64,000 nucleotides of DNA, from contig CAWDXE010000003.1 of NCBI GenBank assembly GCA_963806185.1, positions 276,619 to 340,618 on the forward strand, written 5' to 3'. Positions 49,170 to 59,283 of the stretch are shown piece by piece. Under the pieces are notes generated by a model. It was given only the letters and a program-made list of their open reading frames with translations, searched no databases and was not told the DNA's origin. Both the position numbers and the translations under genes were made by a program. How positions within the stretch are numbered: position 1 is the stretch's first letter; every line of letters starts with the position of its first letter. This DNA comes from an uncultured candidate division Zixibacteria bacterium. Its GTDB lineage: Bacteria; Zixibacteria; MSB-5A5; GN15; FEB-12.

Positions 49170-50306
49170 TCACCCGGCCGCCCGCAGGCACGCTCTAAGC
49201 TTCAGCGCCAGAGCGACTAGCAAAAGGTGAATATGCACGTTGCGGCGAAGGTCGGCAAGAGCCTTTTTGAAATGGTCGGTCATGGCGGCCGCCACTCCCG
49301 GGTGAACAAATTGACCAGAAAACGTTGCGATCTCATTCGCGAAATCGACATTGATCATCTCGACCCGCTCGGGATTGCCTGCCTGTACATGACAATCGCG
49401 TATCAGTGATTCCCACAGTCGGATGAGCTCCTCCACCCCGGCGCGATCGCGGTCGTCGACCAGTTGCGCGATTTGCGAGACCACTACCGGCGTCGACTCC
49501 ACCAGCATTGCCTTGAAGATTTCGTACCCGACCTCGCGCGGCGACAGGCCATCTTCGGTCTCGGCCGTGGCCAGCGCGATGGCTCGACCCGGATTCCCCT
49601 GCGTCACCCGCGCAAACAGAGTAGCTCGATCGAGCGACTGATTATATCGCTCGGTCAGATAAACAGCGAGCGTCGATTCATTGACACGAGAAAGGCGGAC
49701 ACGCCTGGAGCGTGACTGAATTGTCGGCAGCAGCGATTCCGGATTGGCAGCAGTGAGAATCACGGTCGTGTTGGACGGCGGTTCTTCGATCAGTTTCAGC
49801 AACGCATCGGCCGAAGCGGGCAACATCTTGTCCATCTGATAGAAGAGAGCTACCCGGTGTACCCCGGGAGCAGCCTGAACCATCAGATGCTTCTTCACGC
49901 CTCGCGCCATATCGATCGGAATACTGGTCGGCGAGGCGTCTGAAAGCAGTGCCCACGGTTCCTGGCGCTTGATCGCGAGCGCCTCATTGGTGAGATCAAT
50001 GGCCTCGCCCAGGCTTCGGTGTGATCGAACCGGGACCACAACCTGCAGCGCTTCGGAATTTATCGACAGAATCGCATGACAACTGGGACATTGGCCGCAC
50101 GGAACCGAAACCGCCTGACCGTTGACCAATCGCTCAGTCGGCGACGGACAGTTGAGCAGCGCGGCATACCGCAGAGCCAGAGGGAAATGGCCCAACCCCT
50201 CTTCTCCCGTCAACAAATAGGTTGAAGCTCCTCGTCCGGCCGCTAACGGCCGCGCCAGGAGGGCCCAGGCTTTCGACTGAGCGGTGACAATGTCAATTTC
50301 GGTCAA
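49170..50306 (-). CDS. holB: DNA polymerase III delta' subunit
   Basis: CGQCPSC, ALLKLIEEPP, LLPTIQSR; adjacent to ricT. Confidence 0.88.
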   Translation of the reverse strand: MTEIDIVTAQSKAWALLARPLAAGRGASTYLLTGEEGLGHFPLALRYAALLNCPSPTERLVNGQAVSVPCGQCPSCHAILSINSEALQVVVPVRSHRSLGEAIDLTNEALAIKRQEPWALLSDASPTSIPIDMARGVKKHLMVQAAPGVHRVALFYQMDKMLPASADALLKLIEEPPSNTTVILTAANPESLLPTIQSRSRRVRLSRVNESTLAVYLTERYNQSLDRATLFARVTQGNPGRAIALATAETEDGLSPREVGYEIFKAMLVESTPVVVSQIAQLVDDRDRAGVEELIRLWESLIRDCHVQAGNPERVEMINVDFANEIATFSGQFVHPGVAAAMTDHFKKALADLRRNVHIHLLLVALALKLRACLRAAG

Positions 50307-51489
50307 GGTCGATCCAGACTAACGGGTCGAGCGGTTCGCGACCCCTGCGCAGTTCAAATTTTACGGTACCATCACTGCCGGCGACGCCGATCGCCGTGCG
50401 TTCGGCCAGATACTGCCCCTCGGACACGGCGATTCGATCCAGCCCGGCATACGTGCTGTAGTACTGATTGTCGTGGCTGATGATAACAAAATCGCCGTAA
50501 CCGCGCAAATACCCCGCATACGCGACCGTCCCGGCGGCGACCGAGCTTACCACGCCTCCGGCTTTGGCCTGTATGGTGATACCCGGAGAGAAAGACTTCA
50601 GGTGTGTCACCGGGTCAACCTTATTGCCGAACCCTCCTGCGATCTTCCCGCGTATGGGCATCTGCAGACGACCCCTGAGAGTTGCGAAAAATGACGGCCC
50701 TTCGACACGTGGCGCTTCTTGTTCCTTGCGGAGCCGCTCAGTTTCAAGGCGCGCCATAATCTTTTCCATGTCTCTGGCGGCTTGCTCAAGGGTGACCAGC
50801 TTGTCGGCTTCGTCGCTGGTCCTTCTGCGCAATCGATCGAGCGCCTTCTCCTGCTTCTGCTTCCGGCTCTTCTCGAGAGAAAAGGAACTCTCCTGCTTTT
50901 TCTTGAGTGCCGAAATCTCTCCCTGCCGGCTGGTCAACTCACTCAGAGCGGCTTGAGATTCGCCGAGAAGCTGAGAGGTGCTGGCAATACTCCCTGATTC
51001 AAACTGCGCCAAGGCACTGAGATATACCACTTGCCTGTAAACGGCCAACTCGGCGTTGGGGTTTATGGTAAATGCGGCCGGCTGCCGACGACTGGCCAGA
51101 TAGAACTGTCTCAAATTGCCGACATACCGTTTGCGTGACATCTCAAGTGACTGCTGATGAGTACTCAATTGCAGCTCCGCTGACTTGATGTCCTGCGTTA
51201 CCTGACCAAGAGCCTTGGAGAGGCGAGTAATGACTTTCTTCTGTGAGACAATCCGCTCATCGTACCCCGAAATTTCCTGCTGCATTTTCAGTTGCGATGC
51301 CTTCAGGGAATCCAGACGTTTCCTCCCCGACTCAACCTCCTTGCGGATGCGCTCCAATTCCTGCTTTTGAGAGACAATATTATCGGCTGCCTCTGCCGGC
51401 GCCGGTTTCTTGGATTTCGGCTTGGCAACCGGCGACGACGTGAAGGCTAGCGCAGAAACGACCAAGATGAGTATGAGACTTCGATTCAT
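50293..51489 (-). CDS. EnvC-like coiled-coil + degenerate M23/LytM activator
   Basis: Signal peptide, long coiled coil, M23-like C-terminus without canonical Zn ligands; follows ftsX. Confidence 0.85.
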   Translation of the reverse strand: MNRSLILILVVSALAFTSSPVAKPKSKKPAPAEAADNIVSQKQELERIRKEVESGRKRLDSLKASQLKMQQEISGYDERIVSQKKVITRLSKALGQVTQDIKSAELQLSTHQQSLEMSRKRYVGNLRQFYLASRRQPAAFTINPNAELAVYRQVVYLSALAQFESGSIASTSQLLGESQAALSELTSRQGEISALKKKQESSFSLEKSRKQKQEKALDRLRRRTSDEADKLVTLEQAARDMEKIMARLETERLRKEQEAPRVEGPSFFATLRGRLQMPIRGKIAGGFGNKVDPVTHLKSFSPGITIQAKAGGVVSSVAAGTVAYAGYLRGYGDFVIISHDNQYYSTYAGLDRIAVSEGQYLAERTAIGVAGSDGTVKFELRRGREPLDPLVWIDLDRN

Positions 51490-51495
51490 GGCTGC

Positions 51496-52356
51496 CTACT
51501 CACGCAATGTCCGGCGGACGCCCAGGTAGCCGCTAAATGCACCCATCAACGCAGCCGCAAGACAGAAGAGCGATATATCAGAAATCGGGGGCAGGACGAG
51601 CGAGAACTGCGTGAAGGTGACTTTCGATTGTCCCCAAAGTGTCAGCCCCCAGGCTACTACGGCCGACACGCCGGCGAGAATGAAACCTTCCAGCATATAT
51701 GGCCAGGCAATGAGCAGGGGATCGGCTCCAAGCAGCAGCATCTGGCGAAAGGCCACGCCGCGTACGCGTGACATCAGGCGAATGTTGTTCGCCGAGCTGA
51801 CGACCACGGCCAGAACAATCAAAATGCCCAAAACCAGGCCGATCTGACGGATGAGCTTCCGGATTCCTTCCGCGCTCTCCAGCCAATCCCGACTGTATTG
51901 CACAGTAACGCCGGCAGCGAGGCGTTTTACTTCGTTTTCCGTTGACGTCAATTGTGCCAGCGTGATTGCCTTCGGTTCAAACGTCATGACAAAGGAGCGC
52001 GGCAGCGGGTTGAGTGAATCGTATCCAACCAGCAGATCGACGCCAACAAGATTGGACAACTCCTGACGCGCCAAGTCCTTCGAGATATACGAAGCTGACA
52101 CGACGCCGGGCAGATTCTGAAGCGTGTCGGCCAACTGCACAACGGCTGAGTCAGAGACCTCCTCAGGAAGAAAAACCTCCATAGTAACATTGGAGACGAT
52201 GTCGACCAGGAGTTGATCCGAGGTTCTGGCCGCCACCCAAAAGATATTGAACAGCAGGAACAGCAGGGTCAGGGAAAGCAAAGCGCTCATCGACGTACCC
52301 GGGTTCCGGGTAATGCTGCGGCGCACTTCGCGCAATATGTAAAAGAGCCGGGTCAC
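51496..52356 (-). CDS. ftsX: Cell division permease FtsX
   Basis: Four-TM layout, NPLP motif, LLGA...PY.LEG. Confidence 0.88.
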   Translation of the reverse strand: MTRLFYILREVRRSITRNPGTSMSALLSLTLLFLLFNIFWVAARTSDQLLVDIVSNVTMEVFLPEEVSDSAVVQLADTLQNLPGVVSASYISKDLARQELSNLVGVDLLVGYDSLNPLPRSFVMTFEPKAITLAQLTSTENEVKRLAAGVTVQYSRDWLESAEGIRKLIRQIGLVLGILIVLAVVVSSANNIRLMSRVRGVAFRQMLLLGADPLLIAWPYMLEGFILAGVSAVVAWGLTLWGQSKVTFTQFSLVLPPISDISLFCLAAALMGAFSGYLGVRRTLRE

Positions 52357-53024
52357 TTGAGCTTCCCGCCCTCAAGCATGTAATAGTCGGTATTGGGAAT
52401 TTCGAGCGGCAGAGGGTCCGAGGTGAGGATGACCATCGATGTCCCGCCGATCGCCGCTTTCACCAGATACTCGATAACTCGCAGAAACGTTCTCGAATCG
52501 AGCCCGGCGGCCGGTTCATCAATGATAATGAGCGGCTGATTGGCCACCGATGCCCGCGCGTACATGACCAGCCAGCTCTCGACACGAGTGAGACTGGACG
52601 GGTAAACATCGGCCTTCTGGAGCAACGCCAAATTGGTAAGGGCCGCAAAAAGCCGTTCGTGCAAAACCCGCCGACGCTCGTTGCCGATCACCAGCGGCAA
52701 AGTGATATTCTCAGCCACAGTCAAGGATGGCACTAATCCAAACCGCCCCCCGACCCCGCCGATCTTGCGGCGAATTCGCCGAACCGCACGCCTGCGCCCT
52801 TTCCTTACACTCTCACCCAGGACCGTTACTGAGCCCCCTCCAGGGAACTTGAAACCGATAATCAGGTCAACCAGGCTGGTTTTCCCCGACCCGGCCGATC
52901 CAACCACTACGGCGGAACGACCATGAGGAATTCGCAGACTCAGGTCGTTGAAGACTTGTTCCCCGCGATCCGTATAATGGTAGACGTTGCTAAGTTCAAC
53001 TACTAATCGGCGGTCGGTATCCAT
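52353..53024 (-). CDS. ftsE: FtsE-like ABC ATPase, degenerate
   Basis: Walker A GSAGSGKT and Walker B IIIDEP directly upstream of ftsX; signature motif and H-loop altered. Confidence 0.75.
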   Translation of the reverse strand: MDTDRRLVVELSNVYHYTDRGEQVFNDLSLRIPHGRSAVVVGSAGSGKTSLVDLIIGFKFPGGGSVTVLGESVRKGRRRAVRRIRRKIGGVGGRFGLVPSLTVAENITLPLVIGNERRRVLHERLFAALTNLALLQKADVYPSSLTRVESWLVMYARASVANQPLIIIDEPAAGLDSRTFLRVIEYLVKAAIGGTSMVILTSDPLPLEIPNTDYYMLEGGKLK

Positions 53025-53129
53025 GGTCAGCGTCCGGACCTGCGATTGACATTGTTGGCGCGAGTGGCTATGTTCCCGCCTGCCCCGGATTGGGACCGGT
53101 GAGTCTTGGAATTGTACAAAAGAGTAACT

Positions 53130-54080
53130 ATGTCTGACAACAAAAACAGCTTCCTCATTCCTCTTCTCTGCGTGGTCTGGTTTTTCGCGGTTTCGTCCAC
53201 GGCTGCCGCAGCCGACTGGGAGGCGGTCTCTTTTCCCATCACTGACCAACCCATAACCGGAATCACCAGTCGAGGCGGCGATACAATTATGGTGGTCACC
53301 GGCAGCGGCGTCTTTGCGCGAACCAGCGATGCCGGCCGGACCTGGGAAACGCACCTGGTTACTTCGCATTCATTGGAGGACGTCAGCTTCGCCTCCCGCC
53401 TGGTTGGCATGGCGTGCGGGCGCAACTCCGGAATCTACACCACGACGGACGGCGGCAGGACGTGGGCCGACCGGTCGCTCAAGGACACTACACCGGCGCT
53501 CATTTCCATACAGATGTTCGACCCCTTCAAGGCTCTCGCCGTAGGGCTGTCGCGCGATACAGCGCGTCCGTTCGTGGGCGTTGCCTATCGCACTGACGAT
53601 GGCGGAAAAAGGTGGACTTCGCTGAGACCGCTCGGCCAGGGATACGGCGATATTGCCTTCGTCGGCGGACGAACGGCCTTTCTCTCCTGGGGATCCTTAA
53701 ATGTCAGCGCCGATTCCGGCGCCACCTGGATGAGCGTTCCGATGCCCAACGGCAAACCGCCGCGAGCGGTCGCTGTGCGCGGGAACAAGATCATCGCTGT
53801 GGGGAATCTGAGTGCAATCTATGTCTCGAATGACGGGAAGAACTGGCGCGAGGGCAAAGTCATCTTGTCCGGCCACTTCACCTCAGTCGTCATCGTCAAC
53901 GACACGTTGGCGTTCACCGGGGGGACGGCCGGCGCGTTATTCAAATCCGCCGACGGTGGACTTACCTGGCAACAGGTCGTGGAGTCCAAACCGTTTGATA
54001 TCCTGGATATGTGTCTGGCCGGAAATTACGTCTGGGCCGTCGGAAAAGACGGCAATATCATGCGCACAAAGGTGAAGTAA
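53130..54080 (+). CDS. Exported YCF48/BNR-repeat beta-propeller protein
   Basis: Signal peptide and repeated T/SxDGGxTW Asp-boxes. Confidence 0.85.
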   Translation: MSDNKNSFLIPLLCVVWFFAVSSTAAAADWEAVSFPITDQPITGITSRGGDTIMVVTGSGVFARTSDAGRTWETHLVTSHSLEDVSFASRLVGMACGRNSGIYTTTDGGRTWADRSLKDTTPALISIQMFDPFKALAVGLSRDTARPFVGVAYRTDDGGKRWTSLRPLGQGYGDIAFVGGRTAFLSWGSLNVSADSGATWMSVPMPNGKPPRAVAVRGNKIIAVGNLSAIYVSNDGKNWREGKVILSGHFTSVVIVNDTLAFTGGTAGALFKSADGGLTWQQVVESKPFDILDMCLAGNYVWAVGKDGNIMRTKVK

Positions 54081-54164
54081 CGCGGCGCCGGTTCGTCTGG
54101 CGGTCGCTTCTGTTTCATGAGCCGGTCGTCCGTGAATCCGCCCGGCTAACGTACCGCGAAGGAT

Positions 54165-55412
54165 CTAATCCTTCATCGATTGCAGAAACTTCTTATTGTT
54201 CTTGCTCTTCTTAATCCGATCGACAAGAAATTCCATCGCTTCCACCGGGTTCATTTCTGACAGGAATTTGCGCAGAATCCAGATCTTGTTGAGCGTCTCC
54301 TCATCCATCAGGAGTTCTTCCTTACGAGTCGACGATCGGTTGATATCCATGGCCGGGAAGATACGTCGATCGGAGAGCCGGCGATCCAGCACCAGTTCCA
54401 TGTTGCCGGTCCCCTTGAACTCTTCAAAAATCACCTCGTCCATGCGCGAGCCGGTTTCAATCAGAGCCGTGGCAATAATGCTGAGCGAGCCTCCCTCTTC
54501 AATATTGCGCGCAGCACCGAAGAACCGTTTCGGTTTGTGCAGGGCATTGGAGTCGACACCGCCGGAAAGAATCTTGCCGGAATGCGGCACCACCGCGTTG
54601 TGCGCCCGGGCCAGTCGCGTGATGGAATCGAGCAGGATGACGACGTCATTCTTGTGCTCGGTGAGCCGCTTGGCCTTTTCGAGCACCATCTTGGCAACCT
54701 GGACGTGACGTTCCGCGGGTTCGTCGAAGGTCGATGAGACGACTTCGCCCTTAACCGAACGGCGCATATCGGTTACTTCTTCCGGCCGCTCATCGATGAG
54801 CAGCACGATCAGCTTCACTTCGGGGTGGTTGGCCGTGATCGCCTGGGCGATCTTCTGCAGAATGATCGTCTTACCGGCCTTGGGCGGCGAGGTAATCAGA
54901 GCCCGCTGGCCTTTGCCGATCGGGCACATGAGGTCGATAATGCGGGTGGTCAGCTCATCGGGGTTGAGTTCGAGATGAAACGGAACATTTGGGTAAAGCG
55001 GCGTCAGATTGTCGAACAACGTCTTGTGTTTTGCCACTTCGGGATTATCGAAGTTCACCGCCTCGATTTTGAGCAGCGCGAAATACCGTTCGTTTTCCTT
55101 CGGCGGCCGCACCTGTCCGGAAATAGTGTCTCCGGTTCGAAGATCAAAGCGTTTGATCTGCGAGGGCGAGACATAGATGTCGTCCTGACCCGGTAGATAG
55201 TTGTAATCGGGTGATCGTAGAAAGCCATACCCCTCTTCCATGATTTCCAGCACGCCTTCGGCAAAGATGGCGCCGTTGGTGGAAGACTGAGATTCCATGA
55301 CCTTGTAGATCAACTCCGACTTGCGCAGCCCTGACACTCCGGGGATATCAAGATCCTCGGCGATTTTCAGAAGCTCGGCGATAGTCTTCTGCTTGAGTTC
55401 TGCAAGTTCCAT
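54165..55412 (-). CDS. rho: Transcription termination factor Rho
   Basis: [37 protein letters not shown]. Confidence 0.98.
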   Translation of the reverse strand: MELAELKQKTIAELLKIAEDLDIPGVSGLRKSELIYKVMESQSSTNGAIFAEGVLEIMEEGYGFLRSPDYNYLPGQDDIYVSPSQIKRFDLRTGDTISGQVRPPKENERYFALLKIEAVNFDNPEVAKHKTLFDNLTPLYPNVPFHLELNPDELTTRIIDLMCPIGKGQRALITSPPKAGKTIILQKIAQAITANHPEVKLIVLLIDERPEEVTDMRRSVKGEVVSSTFDEPAERHVQVAKMVLEKAKRLTEHKNDVVILLDSITRLARAHNAVVPHSGKILSGGVDSNALHKPKRFFGAARNIEEGGSLSIIATALIETGSRMDEVIFEEFKGTGNMELVLDRRLSDRRIFPAMDINRSSTRKEELLMDEETLNKIWILRKFLSEMNPVEAMEFLVDRIKKSKNNKKFLQSMKD

Positions 55413-55474
55413 TGGTTCACCTTAACTATTGAATATCGGTATGGGCCGAATCGAGAATTCTCCGGCCACGCTTG

Positions 55475-55834
55475 TTATTTCTTGTCTTTGACCGTCTCAA
55501 CCGGAGCGTCACCCCACAGTTTCTCCAAACCGTAAAAGCGGCGTGTTGGTTCGTGGAAGACATGAACGACGACGTCGACATAGTCCAGCAGCACCCAGTT
55601 CCCTTCCTTGAGACCTTCGCGTGAAAGGGGCTTCAGTCCCGCCCGGGCCAGACCGTCATCGATGCCATCGGCTATGGCGCGCACATGAACGTCGGCATCC
55701 CCCGATGCGATTACAAAATAGTCACACACTGAAGAGAGCGATTTCAGCTTCAGGATTTTTACGTCGAATCCTTTTTTGTCGAGAGCCAGCCGACCGGCCA
55801 TGCGGGCGAGTGCGAGAGCGGAGAGTTTTTTCAA
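55475..55834 (-). CDS. rsfS: Ribosome silencing factor
   Basis: DYFVIASG, WVLLDYVDVVVHVF, FYGLEKLWGDA. Confidence 0.95.
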   Translation of the reverse strand: MKKLSALALARMAGRLALDKKGFDVKILKLKSLSSVCDYFVIASGDADVHVRAIADGIDDGLARAGLKPLSREGLKEGNWVLLDYVDVVVHVFHEPTRRFYGLEKLWGDAPVETVKDKK

Positions 55835-55855
55835 TCCGGGAACAGGTCTCCTTGG

Positions 55856-56371
55856 TTACGGTGCCAGCGCGGCAATGCGTGATGCATCCTGCCCCAAAAT
55901 CAGGGTTGCCGATACACACCGGGTATTATTGTCAAGCGGTCGATAAACAACCGCCGAGGGATCCAGGCCGAGCGTAATCGCCAGCAATCTGGCCGACGAC
56001 ACGTCCTCCTCGCGCGAGATAATAAACGATTCAGTAACGGGACGAACGGCGAACGTTTCGTCTGCGACCACGGCGATTTCAACTCGCCGATCGACATAGC
56101 CCGAAAGTTTGCGCGTCGCCGCGGCGCCCAATGCCCGCTCCCCGCTGGCATTGACAATTTCCAGCCGGATGATCGCTTCCGGAGCATCAAGGGTGCGAGT
56201 ATACCCGTCACTCACCCGGATGATCATGGGAATCAGGTAGACGCCCGCGCCTAGTAACGACAATACAATGAGCAGATCCCACGCACGCCTCCAGAGGCGA
56301 CTATGGGGTCGGGTCGGCTTACCCGAAACGGAGGCAGATGATTGGTCTGAAGCTGATTGTTCCGATTCCAT
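55856..56371 (-). CDS. LytR C-terminal domain membrane protein
   Basis: TM helix, EIVNASG..GAA, C-terminal TLILGQD. Confidence 0.7.
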   Translation of the reverse strand: MESEQSASDQSSASVSGKPTRPHSRLWRRAWDLLIVLSLLGAGVYLIPMIIRVSDGYTRTLDAPEAIIRLEIVNASGERALGAAATRKLSGYVDRRVEIAVVADETFAVRPVTESFIISREEDVSSARLLAITLGLDPSAVVYRPLDNNTRCVSATLILGQDASRIAALAP

Positions 56372-56424
56372 GGAAGAGGGCCAAACGGACCGGAGTCCTT
56401 GAACAGTGGATCAGTCGTGCTCCT

Positions 56425-56910
56425 TCACCGACTATACCCTGGAACATACCAGGGATCAAGCGACGGTCCGTACCAATAGGGCGATACGGCGCCGCTGAAC
56501 TTCTGGAACATGAACGTCATCTGCACTTTTTCCGAGGGGTGATAGTCCAGCCTGAAGCCGGGCAGAATCGACGCATTGCTGTTGTCCGACTTGTTACCGA
56601 TCAGGGCACCCGGGTTGTGAAGCAAACCCACATTGACCGCCAGCGATAACTTGGACGAAAATTCATAAAACATGCCGGTATTGAGCAGGCCTACCGACCC
56701 GGAGTTATTGCCACCGGAAAAGTACGAAATTGAGTAACTGTGTGACCACCGGATTCGCGACGGGTCGAGCAACGACCATTGGTTGCTGGTCGGCTTGATA
56801 TCAACCAGATTGTTGGCCGATGTTGACCCGAGGGGAGCAGATGGGATCTGCTGAGCCCATGCGGCCCCACAGAGCAACAGGGTTGCGACTAGTATGATTC
56901 CCTTTTTCAT
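56425..56910 (-). CDS. Exported hypothetical protein
   Basis: Signal peptide and beta-strand-rich mature part; TTGACG-17-TAAATT promoter-like element at 56962-56934. Confidence 0.65.
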   Translation of the reverse strand: MKKGIILVATLLLCGAAWAQQIPSAPLGSTSANNLVDIKPTSNQWSLLDPSRIRWSHSYSISYFSGGNNSGSVGLLNTGMFYEFSSKLSLAVNVGLLHNPGALIGNKSDNSNASILPGFRLDYHPSEKVQMTFMFQKFSGAVSPYWYGPSLDPWYVPGYSR

Positions 56911-57060
56911 GGTGATCCCTATCATCTCCGTTTAATTTACGGTGTCAGGTAAACGCCGTCAATCTAAAAACATACGCCTACCGGGACGCCCCGTATCCAC
57001 CGCTCTTATGTACCTCTTATACTTTAGTATCGACGGACTGGCAGGGTGTTTTTGTGCAAT

Positions 57061-57804
57061 TCACGAGTGCTTCACGAATTTTTGCGCCAGAGCGTCAAGC
57101 TGATCCACCGAATTGACTCCGCGCACCTCGTCGGGATTGTCGGCGACGGCGACAAGGACGGGCAAGCCCTTGTCGTAGAGTATCTTAACTGCATCAGTCA
57201 AATAGTACTCGCCTTGCGCGTTATCGCGACTAACCTGTGACAGCGCCGAGAACAACTGCTTGGCGTCAAAACAGAATGTACCCGAGTTGACCTCGCGTAT
57301 CCGGCGAATCTCCTCTGACGCATCCTTATGCTCAACAATCGCCTTCAATCGATCAGTGCCCGGTTCACGAAGAATCCTCCCGTAACCGGTCGGATCTTCA
57401 AATATGGCCGATAGACACGTCGCGGCCGCATTCGCCTTTTCATGAATTTCGAAGAGCCGTTTGATGGACGACTCCGTGAGGAGTGGAACATCACCAGCGG
57501 CCACCAGGACCGTCCCGTCGAAATCAGTCAGCAGGTCCTTGGCCATTCTTACCGCGTGTCCCGTGCCCAATTGCTCCCGTTGCCAGACGAATTCCACCGG
57601 GTAACCAGTCAACGCTTCTTCGACCATCTCACCCTTATGCCCGATTACGACGACTATCCGATCGAACTTCATCAGCGCCAACGTGTCGAGCAGAATACAC
57701 ACCATCGGACGGCCATGTATCTGGTGCAGTACTTTCGGCAAATCAGAGAGCATCCGCTTTCCTTTGCCGGCCGCCAGAATAATAGCAGCTCGCTTCCTGG
57801 TCAT
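57061..57804 (-). CDS. GlmU-like nucleotidyltransferase (N-terminal domain only)
   Basis: ILAAGKGKRM, LPKVLH, QLGTGHA, PTGYGRI, EYYLTD, GVNS; no hexapeptide acetyltransferase domain. Confidence 0.88.
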   Translation of the reverse strand: MTRKRAAIILAAGKGKRMLSDLPKVLHQIHGRPMVCILLDTLALMKFDRIVVVIGHKGEMVEEALTGYPVEFVWQREQLGTGHAVRMAKDLLTDFDGTVLVAAGDVPLLTESSIKRLFEIHEKANAAATCLSAIFEDPTGYGRILREPGTDRLKAIVEHKDASEEIRRIREVNSGTFCFDAKQLFSALSQVSRDNAQGEYYLTDAVKILYDKGLPVLVAVADNPDEVRGVNSVDQLDALAQKFVKHS

Positions 57805-57856
57805 GTGTCCTCCCAAAGAGGGTATATCCGTCATATTTGGAATTCGAACGGAGAGG

Positions 57857-58207
57857 TCAGTGAACGGGGTGATTGTGGCTGTCGACCTGAACTACCGCGG
57901 GGGTAAACCCTTTGGCTTTGTCCAAGTCCAGTAGCCCGTAGGCAATAATGATGATCAGGTCGCCCTTCTCACCTTTACGAGCAGCCGCGCCATTGAGCGC
58001 CACAACGCCGCTATTCGCCGGTCCTTCAATGACATACGTGTCAAAGCGCTCACCATTATTGATATTCGCTATTTGAACTCTCTCAAACGGCAGGATCCCC
58101 GACAGACGCAACAATTCCGCGTCTATCGTAATAGACCCCTTGTAGTTAAGGTTACAGTCCGTGAGCGTTGCTCGATGAATTTTCGCCCGACAAACACTTA
58201 TCAACAT
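57857..58207 (-). CDS. panD: Aspartate 1-decarboxylase
   Basis: KIHRA, YKGSITID cleavage site, NGERFDTY, LNGAAAR. Confidence 0.97.
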   Translation of the reverse strand: MLISVCRAKIHRATLTDCNLNYKGSITIDAELLRLSGILPFERVQIANINNGERFDTYVIEGPANSGVVALNGAAARKGEKGDLIIIIAYGLLDLDKAKGFTPAVVQVDSHNHPVH

Positions 58208-58354
58208 CGCTTCATCACCTACTTCATACTACCGGATGGATGGTGACAATATACACTTCCGCGCCCAAGGCGCAAGACCTTCCATCCCCGCCATATCTAG
58301 TTCATAAACTGAGATCGCGGGGTTCGGTTCCCACTTCGGAAGTAACAGTGACGA

Positions 58355-58831
58355 TCAGGCTTTGATCTGGACCCAGTTTCGCGCCGGGAAGATTTCCAGT
58401 TCGTCGCTGATATCATCGACGGCCTTCGTGAGATTCTTCCAGCTCACCAAGCGCCGGGCTTTCGCGGCACTGAGCCACCGGTACTCGCTGTTTTCCTCTG
58501 ATAGCCTCACCTGGGCCTTTGAATCGACGACAGCGACAATCAACGGAAGAATCCAGATCTTGTCGAAGACCGGTTCATAGAATTGCACCAGGTACTCGGT
58601 CGCCCACATACTCGTGGGGATGATCCCGGTCTCTTCCTTCAGCTCGCGGACCACCACCTGCGCGACTGTCTCGTCGGCCGTCTTACCGCCGGTCATGAAT
58701 CCCCAGTAACCGCCGTAGGATTCGGTTTCAGCGCGCTGCAAAATGAGAAACTTCCAGCCGTCGTCGTCCTTTTTCACGGCGGCCACATTCACTCCGGGAG
58801 ACTCGATGGCAATAATCGGATGATCAATCAT
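58355..58831 (-). CDS. NUDIX hydrolase (NudB-like)
   Basis: GG...ET...VVRELKEETG Nudix box. Confidence 0.88.
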   Translation of the reverse strand: MIDHPIIAIESPGVNVAAVKKDDDGWKFLILQRAETESYGGYWGFMTGGKTADETVAQVVVRELKEETGIIPTSMWATEYLVQFYEPVFDKIWILPLIVAVVDSKAQVRLSEENSEYRWLSAAKARRLVSWKNLTKAVDDISDELEIFPARNWVQIKA

Positions 58832-58919
58832 TTCTTTTTCCTGTAAGCATAAGCGTGTCGAAGGCCAAAGTGTAGACCATTCAACGGCAAGGTCAAGTAG
58901 AAATTGAAACCGAAGGAAG

Positions 58920-59282
58920 CTATTTCAGAACGATCATGCGGCGCGTCTCTGTCCGCTCAGCAGAAGCGAGTCGATAGAAATAAATACCAGAACTGACCGA
59001 TTTCCCCTCGCGATCGCGTCCATCCCACGTCACGCGATGATGGCCGGCCGAATATCGTTCGTCCACCAACCGCCGCACAAGCTGCCCGCGTACATTGTAA
59101 ACATCCAGAACAACGTTTGTTGCCGAGGGCAACGAGAAACTCAATTGTGTCTCGCCGTTAAATGGATTGGGGTAGTTCTGCTCCAGACTGATCTCGGTCA
59201 GCAAATCGGTCACGGCATTGTCCACGTCGGTCGTAGTCGTCACCGGATAAGCGCCAATATCATTCCGACTGCCATCGGGATC
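58920..59282 (-). CDS. C-terminal fragment of a secreted protein with FlgD/T9SS-like domain, truncated at the junction
   Basis: DPDGSRNDIGAY and LEQNYPNPFN...VYNVRGQLV...WDG...SGIYFYRL...MIVLK. The upstream part of the ORF is foreign GC-rich sequence. Confidence 0.85.
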   Translation of the reverse strand, partial: DPDGSRNDIGAYPVTTTTDVDNAVTDLLTEISLEQNYPNPFNGETQLSFSLPSATNVVLDVYNVRGQLVRRLVDERYSAGHHRVTWDGRDREGKSVSSGIYFYRLASAERTETRRMIVLK

Positions 59283-59283
59283 G

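Noticed and set aside
49170..51489. Degenerate Walker A in HolB and missing Zn ligands in the EnvC-like M23 domain as novelties
   Set aside because: Both are expected properties of delta' and EnvC proteins.
582..59282. Genome-wide TGA reassignment (genetic code 4 or 25)
   Set aside because: Many genes end normally at TGA (murC, mraY, ftsW, panD, accB), so any read-through must be site-specific.
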